In this document: positions 23,655-33,500 of the stretch, piece after piece | Layout of the letters: every line of letters begins with the position of its first letter | How positions within the stretch are numbered: position 1 is the stretch's first letter | Assembly (NCBI GenBank): GCA_000004985.1 | Contig: GG738889.1 | Direction: 5' to 3' (one strand) | Source: Naegleria gruberi | Taxonomy: Eukaryota | Length of the DNA: 64,000 nt | Translations under genes and position numbers: made by a program | Notes under the pieces: model-generated | The model's database searches: none | What the model saw: only the letters and a program-made list of their open reading frames with translations | Told to the model about the DNA's origin: nothing

Positions 23655-23834
23655 CCTATTTTTTTTTAAATTTTATTAAAATCCTAATAATAATTACTAC
23701 ATATTTAAATACGTTATACATTAAAGAGCTAATGAAACAATTATTGATAATTTTTGAAACCCACCTATTAAAGGAAATTTTATTACATATTTACAATTCA
23801 TTACAAAACTCAATATTTAAAAACAAATTAAAAA

Positions 23835-24401
23835 ATGCGATGCAAAGCTTCAAGTGAATCCCTAGAAGCGATCCAATCCTTCTTCATATCAAATTCCATC
23901 ATTCATAATAGTAATGAAATTAATCACCAACAACATGAATCAAAAAGTAACAAACAAAAGGAACAAGATTCAAATTCTTCATTGTTTGGAAACTTTTCCT
24001 TGATCGGAAGGGATGTATGGCAAGAGGTGATTATGAAATTTATTAATCCGATAGAATTGATGCATATGAGAAGAGTTTCAAGTGAATTTAATTTTTGGAT
24101 TGAATGTTTGGATGATGAATTGTATTGGAAAGAGTGCCAGATGAAGAATATGAGAGGAATGATCAAGGGAATGATCATTGATCCGATATCGGAAAAGTAT
24201 TTTCTCAGATATTGGAAAATATTGATGGAAAAAACACGGAATAATACTGATGAAAAGTTTTCCTATAGAAAAATTACCTTAGATATTTGCAAAGATTTAC
24301 AAATGGAAAGGAGGATTAATGTAAATTATAGAATTTATTTGAATAAGGGATTAATTGATGAGAAACATTTGAAAATTCCACAAAAGGATGAGTCAATTTA
24401 G
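23835..24401 (+). CDS. F-box domain protein of 188 aa, terminated by TAG.
   Basis: The F-box signature VWQEVIMKFINPIELMHMRRVSSEFNFWIECLDDELYWKE follows an N/Q/S-rich N-terminus. Start is ATG 23835. Confidence 0.65.
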   Translation: MRCKASSESLEAIQSFFISNSIIHNSNEINHQQHESKSNKQKEQDSNSSLFGNFSLIGRDVWQEVIMKFINPIELMHMRRVSSEFNFWIECLDDELYWKECQMKNMRGMIKGMIIDPISEKYFLRYWKILMEKTRNNTDEKFSYRKITLDICKDLQMERRINVNYRIYLNKGLIDEKHLKIPQKDESI

Positions 24402-25016
24402 AATGTGAGAACTGCTATTATTATTGAGGGAAAACTAGCAACAACAAATGCACTCTTGTTCACTTATCATGATGGCATATTTCCATATGATTACATTCCA
24501 ACTATTTTCTCTAATACAGATATTAAGGGATTGGTCCTCAAATCGGAGAGTTCACAAGCCAAGATTACATATTCCAATTTTCCAATGATGTGTTTCGAGA
24601 GTGTGAGTGCACATTTAACATTTTACAATAATGCAGTTGTTTTAATTTTTTTTAACAAGTTATTGAGATCGAGTTGGAATGAAGTTGCCCATTCTATCAT
24701 TCCTTCACTTTCTATAAAACCTGGATGTATTTATATTCTGATAGGACTAAATTGGGGTGCACTATCTCAGAATAGCTCAATGTATAATTTGAAGTATACA
24801 TGCGAGCATTATTCGGATGAATTTGTGGCAAATAGTGAAATTTTGGAATATATTCATGGAAAGAAGTTTCTTGCATATGTTGATTTGAAACCAAGAAGTG
24901 AGAAGGAAATATTTACATTTATGGATTCGATTGTTAAATTGGTCGTTATGAAAGATAAGGGATATAATTTATTTGAAAAGGATTTTCTTGCCAAAGTTGA
25001 CGATATTTCTCGATAG
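24402..25016 (+). pseudogene. Degenerate Rho-family pseudo-GTPase domain. It lies in the same frame as the upstream F-box ORF, separated from it only by one TAG codon. It is either a disabled fusion or a read-through or independently initiated product.
   Basis: The ORF aligns residue-by-residue with the Rho G-domain: IIIEGKLATTNALLFTYHDGIFPYDYIPTIFSNT against Rho [34 protein letters not shown]. The P-loop (GxxxxGKT), DTAGQ and NKxD motifs are all lost. There is no ATG at the ORF start. Confidence 0.45.
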
Positions 25017-25542
25017 TTTATCTTTTTAGAGACTTATGTTCCTGGCTTGACTCTAAACAAAGTTTATTTGACATGCTTCAGATATTCAAGTTCCCTCAAA
25101 TAAGAAATTAAACAAGATAGGGAATTCGTTTTTAGATATAGTCTTGGCTTCCCGTAAAGAAATCTGGATAAACACTTTGATATATTTCAGAATGAAAAGA
25201 TTCATTTCCTTAATATCACAACTCAGTTTTACAGTAATAAATTTAACAAATAAAGAGTTTGATTGTAAAGTTTTTTTGAATATTTTTGAAAAAAATGGGA
25301 CAATCACTCCAGAGTCAATTAGTGAGCAGTTGCCAATCGGATCAAGTCGAATTGTGCAAAAGTATTCTCAATCAAGATTTAAATCTATTCAATTATGAAG
25401 ATGATAAGGTAAGTATTAGTGCCTGCCTTCGGAATTGGTTATTAATAATTAATACATTAAATAGTCGATGGTTTGTATTGAAACTCTAAATTAACGTTTA
25501 AACTTTGGATGAATATATTGAATAATATTGAATAATTGGAAT

Positions 25543-27262
25543 ATGAAGAATATATTATTGATGTGTGCCAAGTATGAATCGGTTGGAATTATCAAAATGT
25601 TATTTTCCGATTTTAAAACACAAGTGATGGCAATTATCGATAAGACTGATGTAGGTTTAACCTCTGTTGAAATTACGATTATATCATCATTATTGATTTT
25701 AATAGTGGCCTTCGAATTATGTAGGTTTATAAAATTGTTGAGGATTATTGGAAATATTGTTGTGATGAATGATGGAATTATTATATGAAATATTGGAAAA
25801 ATTAGACGGCTTTGCATTGGGCTTGTTATAATCAAAATTTGGAGATTGTGAAAATTCTGGTGGAGAATGGAGCCAACACAACACTTGAAAATGTAGGTTA
25901 TTGTTAAAGGTTATTTCAAAAACGAAACTTGAATAGGCGGATGGTCATAAAGCAATTGATTTGTGTGAGAAAAATTCATCAGTTTATTCATATTTAGCAA
26001 GTGATAGAGCTTCATTGTTTGATTGGATGAAAAAGACTCTTCAACCAAACAAGTACAATCATTCGAATTATAAACCATCGGGAAATGAGGACTATGTCAC
26101 AACAGATACTGATGATGGGTTAGTATTTATTTATTCGAATGTATTATTCACACATGTGAAATCTTAGTTTTGTGGAAATTGAAAAGGTGGAGGTTATTGA
26201 AACGGAGAAAACTCAACGAGAGGAATCAAAGCCACTCACAAGCAAATTACAAATTTTGGAAAATATTACAAAGAGCTTTGCCAAAACTTTTAAAATTGAA
26301 TCGACACTTTCACATGACATTACATCGAGTGTTAGATTTTCCAAAGTTAATGACATGGAATTAATGGATCCTATTGCCTCGGGAAGTGAAGGAAAGGTAT
26401 TCTATGGAAGGTGGAAAAAGCAATCAGTTGCCATCAAGGTCATTGAAGTGCCCTACCTCACTGAGGGGCTTGTGGAAAATTTAAATTTAATTCTCAACAT
26501 TTCACACAAGTATTGTGTCTCTCACCATTCATTTTCCTATGATGAGGAAAATTGTAAATTGTACATAATTATGGAACTTATGAATACCAACCTGTTCAAG
26601 TATATTTTCAGACAAAGGAAAGAATTGACTCTAAAAGAAAAGGTTCATGCATTACATAGTATTTCTATTGGAATGTTCTATTTGCACGATATGAATCCTC
26701 CTGGTAGGTTAGGAATTTCATTAGATTGTTAACAATATTATTTTACATAATATTGAAAATAGTTTTAAATTTGGATTTGAAATTGGAAAATATCTTGATT
26801 AATATTGGAAATGATGGAAGACCTTCAGATATCAAAATTTGCGACTTTGGATTGTCAATGTTTAAGAGCAAGGCAGAATTCATTAAATTGACAGATCCAG
26901 TGGGTACTTTGAGAGCCATTGCCCCAGAAATTCTTCATAATTTCACATGTTCTGAAAAATCAGATGTCTACTCATTTGGAATTTTAATGTATGAATTATT
27001 ATTCGGAAGAGTTGCTTATTATGACTATTTGGAAAATGCAAATGAAAATGATGGAGATGACTTGTTGTTGAATATTGTCAATAATCACAAACGACCAACT
27101 ATTCCATCTGACTATACAATGCCAACTCTCAATCAAGAACGAACAAGTGTGGAAACCTTAATAGATATGATGCAGAAATGTTGGGTGGAAGATCCAAAAC
27201 AACGACCAACCTTTGACCAAATTACTACAGAATTGGAAAAGATTGTTTTGCCGTGCAAATAA
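25543..27262 (+). CDS. Ankyrin-repeat protein kinase, non-RD and TKL-like, about 470 aa. It has 5 exons: 25543..25650, 25806..25892, 25937..26118, 26168..26703 and 26763..27262. There may be an extra 5' exon at 25295..25408.
   Basis: The ankyrin motifs are NILLMCAKYESVGIIKMLF and TALHWACYNQNLEIVKILVENGANTTLEN. The kinase motifs are ASGSEGKVFYG, AIKV, a catalytic loop NLDLKLENILI split by a phase-1 intron, DFGLS and APE. The introns are 25651..25805 (155 nt, the least certain), 25893..25936, 26119..26167 (GTTAGT donor) and 26704..26762. All restore the frame. Confidence 0.7.
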
Positions 27263-27522
27263 TAATTCTATTACTGTGAGTGTGTTGAATGCAAAAAAGA
27301 AAGGTCAGAGGGTAGTGCATGATATGAAACTCATCACATTTTCTTATGAAGGCTTGGGTTGTTAAAGTTTGTCATCATTAAGTTTGGTCCTAAGATCGTC
27401 CTCCCAAAATTTTTCCCAAGCATCAACAAGAATAAACTTATGGTTGTGGCTTTTTTTAAAAATAATAATAAATTAATATTTTTCACACAACACTGTTTCG
27501 CAAAAATTTAAATTCAAGTTAT

Positions 27523-30500
27523 TTATTCTCTTTTAAATGTAATGGTGCCCATTGTTCTATCCAACATTTCAATTCTTTGGTCTTCATAGTCAGCACTACA
27601 CACAGATCTCAATTCATCTCTATGATCCAAAGTTGGCACAATACTCACCATTCTAGTAACATTTTGAACTTTGTATCTTCTAGAAATTATAATTAAGGCA
27701 ATAATGGAACTAACACAGACAAACAAGACGGCAACATAACCACCAATGACAGAACCAACAATAATACCAACCAAGTTGATATACGTAACTGGAATACTAC
27801 AATCCTCTCCAAGATAACCCAAATCGCATTTACAAACACCACTCAAACACTTGCCGTTCAATGAACAGAAGTTTGGACATACCAAAACTGCTGTGCATGA
27901 ACCATTATTGCTGCATGAATCTTGAGCAACGGCTGTAGCAGAAGCCATAGCATATTCAACCAAACCAGTTGACAAGACATCGAACATACATGATTCGTAG
28001 AATGATGCTGTCAATCCCAAACTATTACAAGCCTTTTCAGCCAAAGCTTGTAGAGTAGCATTTTCCGAAGAGGCCTTCATAATAGGCTTAAAGTCAAGAA
28101 CATTAAGGTCTTCATATTGAGATCCAACAGTATAAGTAAAGAAGGATTCATTCTTTGAAATTCTCCAACTTTCACCAAAAACTTGGTGAATTTGTTCAGC
28201 AGTAGGTGAAGGAAGAACAGTACCATCTCTCAATGTAAATTCATTGTCCTTATTTCCATCGAGTGTACCATACAAACCTCCAAGTTCAGTACCAGTAAAG
28301 TTAACATCCTTTGATGGAGCAAATGAAACAGCCAACCATCCAAGTCCATCATTTCTCAATTTGATTTGACCCTTGAAATCACCACTATACTTGACAGTAA
28401 TGGATTTGTAATAAAACTTCAAACCATTAACCATGTAATAACTTGATGTATCATCTTCTTGGGTAATTGTGGCACCTCCATTCAAAACAAGAATTGGGGT
28501 ATCTGGTTCCTTATACACAAGTTGTGATTCTGTGATATTGGCAACTTGGTTAGTGTCTGGATCGACTTGACCCTTAATTTGTTCTACTAACTTTTGAAGA
28601 TCCTTTGGAATTTCAAACTTGGTATCAGCTTCAACAGGTTGAACATTGACTTTTGTTTCATTGAGATAAACTTGAACATCATTGACAAGAACCTTAACAC
28701 CAGTCTTACCATCAGACAAGATTGAAACCTTATCCGATCCGCTCATGAATGAAATACCCTTCATACATGATGTCTTTGAATCTGCTGTACATTTCATCAA
28801 TCTACCTTGTAATCCCAATTCATTAGACTTGTACAAGTAGAATTCACCAATTGAATTGAATGTATATTCTGCAGCATCAACAGTTCTAAGGTGAATATCA
28901 CCAAAGGCCAAAACCTTATTGACCAAATCAAATATGTGAACAAGACTACAATCTGATCCTCCAAAACCTGGGAAACAAGCACAAGTATTTGGACCAACAC
29001 AAGTACCTCTTCCTCCACACCAATTTCTATGGACACAATGGAATGATGAACAGGTTTCAGTGTACCAACCCCATCTACAGACACATTCATTTGGTCCAAC
29101 ACATTTACCTCTCTTAGCACCACCACAACTTGATCTATTAGCACACAAATCAGTATCAATGACAGCAACACAATTAGATCCAGGAGGAACATAGGTAGCC
29201 TCTTCAATATAGACAGTTGCTTCCTTCTTGACTGGAAGAGTGACAATATTATTCTTACAATCATAAGTAGTTAGACCATCTGTGAAATTGGATGGTGAGA
29301 GATTTCTAGTTGGTGAACCATCAGTAAATTCAATCTTAACTTTCAATGGTCCCCATTTGACAAATCCAATGGAAACACTCAAAGTTGTGGAACCTTGCCA
29401 ATCGAGTCTTATCTTTTCAGGTGTACCAACAACACCAAGCCAATCAATGGAATATCTATAGATACCATAATCCATGTAAAGTGCTCTGTACCACCATTCA
29501 CCCCAATATTGCAATCTACCATTCAACTTTTCACTATATCCATTAGTACTATTCACTCTAGCTCTATCAATACCATTGGTAATGGCTGGAGTTGTAATTT
29601 CAAATCTCTTGAAATTCACAGATTCGTCACAAATGAAAGCATTCCATTCCTTAACATAGGCACACAAAATTGGATCGACCATGATCATAGTACTTGGAAT
29701 AATTCTAGCACCAGCTCTTCTGATTTTAGAAGGTACAGTAATATTTCTAGATAAAGTGCCGTCAGTATCAATAATAACTTCATGTCTATAAACATCAGAC
29801 AATGATGATTCCTTAGAAGCCAAACCAGCAAGTAAATACATAACGTTAGCATTGTGGAAATACATTCTATTGGTAACATAATCACCTTGATTCATTGAAG
29901 CCCAATCATCATTTCTAAGATCAATGGATGATAGCTTTCTTTCACAATTATCAACAAAATCAAAGAATTCCAAATCTTGAAGAAGTAAAGTATTACCATC
30001 ACGATGATATAAAACACCGATAAATGGATCATTTCTACTGTATGAAGGAAGTGATCTATAATATGGTGAGGATGGATTCTTGTAATCAGTTCCACATCTA
30101 TAACATTGACCATCATTACAATTATTTGGATTACCCTTATTTTGTGTAAAACCAATAAAGATGGCACCACTAACAACAATTGGACTCATAATGATATTAA
30201 GGACAGTATAACTAACTGGATTGTCTGCAAAGATACTTCCCTTCAAATTGAGTTTTCCTTGAACGTGGGAGTATTGACCATTTTGTCTATTCTTCCAAAT
30301 GTTCATATTCTCAAATACTGGTTCAGACCAAGGATTCTTATCAGTACCACAATTAGTTGAATCATACATTTCCATCTTTGGATTTGTGCATGTGTAAAAG
30401 TTTGGATACAACATCATACCATGTTGATTATTACTGTGGGCAGTGTTGTTAACAAATTGTCCCCAGTACCATCTATTAGGTCTAATATATGGAGTTTGAG

Positions 30501-33500
30501 AAGCACCTGTAGCATAGGAATCCAAATGATACCAGAAACCAAAAGCATCACTTCCAGCTGCACGATTTCCAATGAAAATATTGTTTGGATTGGTAATGTA
30601 GAAGGTGGCTGGATTATTGTCTTGATTGTCTGGAAGCATGACAGATCTTGAATCTGGAATGACCTTTGAAAGTATACCAAGATTATTTTCGAAAATGTTA
30701 TACTGTTCAGCACCATCTTCAAGGAAGAAAGTATGTCCATAAATATTGAAAGCAACAACTCCTTCAACGTGTAAATAATTGGTTCCTTGCAATGCAACAG
30801 CTCTTTGATAGGTATCATAGACTGAAACCTTGTGGACATAGGAAGTATTGGCATCACCAAACAATTGGAAGTAAATTGGATAACGACCTGGAATACCAGC
30901 TTGACCCATTCGTGTGAATTCAACATTATCAAGTCTGACATATTGAGCAGTTCTGAGGAAGGCAGTGTGACCACCAAACATTGAATCTTCACTTGTTGCC
31001 AAATCACCTCTAATCTTAATATTGTGCGATAACAAACCAACTTCACCACGTTCATCAAATGTAACAACAGTTCCATTAGCCTTTTGATAGTATTCTGTAT
31101 TGGCATAGTGACCATAGACGAGTGGTTTAACAAATCCAAAACATGTACTATTGAAACGGACTGAAATTGTTCTTCTTTCAGCTTGATTGTGATAGTAATC
31201 AGTGGAAGCTAGAACAATTTCATCACCAACTTGCCATTCAGTTGGTTGTTTAAGATGAACGGAAGTATCACCAACTTGAGCTGATTTACCCAACAAAGTC
31301 CAAGAAACTTCATGTTTCTTACCATGCAAGCTCAAAGCACCTCCACTGGTTACAATGATATTCTTAACACCAAATCCAATTAAAGTTCTATTGAGATTTC
31401 TTTCACCGTGAAGTGTAATTGTGGCATTGTGTTGATGAGGGCTGGTTTCATTACCTATTTGGAGAGAACCAGTAACAATCATCGATTTAAAGTGCATTTC
31501 CAAATCAAGCTCATCACTGAAAACTAAACAACCAAATACATGAACAACGTCCAATTTTGGAGGAATGACATCCAAAATAACAGTATAGTTTTCTGGAACA
31601 ACCAAAATTCTTTCGGGTTCAAGATAGAGAGAATCATCCTCTTCTTCTTCATCAATATAGTTGTTGGTAGAATTGGTTGTAGAGTTGGTGGAATTGTGTG
31701 AAATGAGAGTATTATTAACAAGAATGAATGTTGAATTATCGCCATAGCAATTTGTAACATTGAAAATGGTTCTATTAAGGGAACAAACTGTTGAGGTATT
31801 TACAGTAATTTGATTACAGACAACACTGGTAACATTCTCTGAAATGTAGGTAGTATTGCTGCAGTTTGAATTAGTTACTGAAATACACATGGCATCTCCA
31901 TTGGAACAAGTTGAACAATTAGCACTATCACAAGTGAATGAATCAATATGAGTGAAGATGACACAATCAGTATGGTTTGTATAGTAGAATCCATCGAATG
32001 TTGAATTCGTATAACATTCAGTGGTGTGTTCTGTAGCATAACAGTCATAGATATCTTCACGAGTAATCTCAGTTGTGCAATTGGTAGTGCTATTGAATTG
32101 AGAATCATCAATATTTGAACTATTGCTATTGGATGTATTGTTAGAATCAGTTGTTGAACTATTACCAATAGTTGAGTTACCGTCAACAGTAGAGTTATTA
32201 TCAGTTGTTGAGTTTCCAGCAATTGTTGAGTTATCATTAGCTATTGTGGAGTTATCAGAAGTGGAATTGTTAAAGGTGGAGTTATCACTTGTAATAGTAC
32301 CATTATTTACAATTGTTGAATTATCTGAAGTGGAATTATTTGAATCAGTTGTATTATTACTAGTTGTGGAATGATCAACTAGAGTAGAATTACTTCCATC
32401 AATATTGGTGGAATTGTTATCACCAATGTCAGTACTATTATCAACATTTGTTCCATTATTATTATCAACTGTGCTATTATTGTCAGCTGTATTGTTGTTT
32501 TGAACAGTGGAGTTAGAATCGAGAGTTGAATTGTTTTCACCAATTGTACTGAAATCACCAACAGTAGCATTACTACCATCAGTGGTGGAATTATCAACTA
32601 GAGTTGAATTACCATCGATTGTGGAGTTATCACTTGTTGAACTATTAGATTCAGCTTGAGCAGTAATATTAACACAAGTTGTTGAAATACTCAAAACANN
32701 NNNNNNNNNNNNNNNNNNNNNNNNNNNNNNNNNNNNNNNNNNNNNNNNNNNNNNNNNNNNNNNNNNNNNNNNNNNNNNNNNNNNNNNNNNNNNNNNNNNN
32801 NNNNNNNNNNNNNNNNNNNNNNNNNNNNNNNNNNNNNNNNNNNNNNNNNNNNNNNNNNNNNNNNNNNNNNNNNNNNNNNNNNNNNNNNNNNNNNNNNNNN
32901 NNNNNNNNNNNNNNNNNNNNNNNNNNNNNNNNNNNNNNNNNNNNNNNNNNNNNNNNNNNNNNNNNNNNNNNNNNNNNNNNNNNNNNNNNNNNNNNNNNNN
33001 NNNNNNNNNNNNNNNNNNNNNNNNNNNNNNNNNNNNNNNNNNNNNNNNNNNNNNNNNNNNNNNNNNNNNNNNNNNNNNNNNNNNNNNNNNNNNNNNNNNN
33101 NNNNNNNNNNNNNNNNNNNNNNNNNNNNNNNNNNNNNNNNNNNNNNNNNNNNNNNNNNNNNNNNNTATAGTAGAATTGTTGTCTATTGTTGAATTGGAAT
33201 TGGTAGTTGAATTATCAACATTAGTGGTATTATCATAAAGCGTTGAATTGTCAACGTTAGTAGAGTTGTCCATTGTGGAATTGGAATCAGTCGTTGAATT
33301 ATTAACATTAGTGGTATTATCACCTGTGGCTGTTGTTGAATTGTTCTCCACTGTTGAGTTATAGCTAACTGTACCATTTGAATCTGATTGTGTTGAATTG
33401 GAAAGTGAGTCGGTAGTGTTTTGGACAGTTCCATTATTAGTAGAAATGGTCGAATTATCAGTAGAATTATTAGATATCGAGGTGTCATTCAAACCAGAGG

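Noticed and set aside
24399-24401. Reading the F-box/pseudo-Rho TAG as evidence of a reassigned genetic code (TAG as a sense codon).
   Set aside because: TAA, and once TGA, clearly terminate more than 20 well-supported genes, and the second ORF of the same locus also ends with TAG. A single in-frame TAG is better explained by an error, a pseudogene or read-through than by a variant code.
25295-25489. A 67-aa ORF (MGQSLQSQLVSSCQSDQVELCKSILNQDLNLFNYEDDK…) ending at a perfect GTAAGT donor, as an independent gene.
   Set aside because: It is too short to stand alone, and the nearest canonical acceptor (25464) runs into a stop within 10 codons. It is more likely an untranslated or alternative 5' exon of the downstream ankyrin-kinase gene, and I could not resolve it without transcript data.
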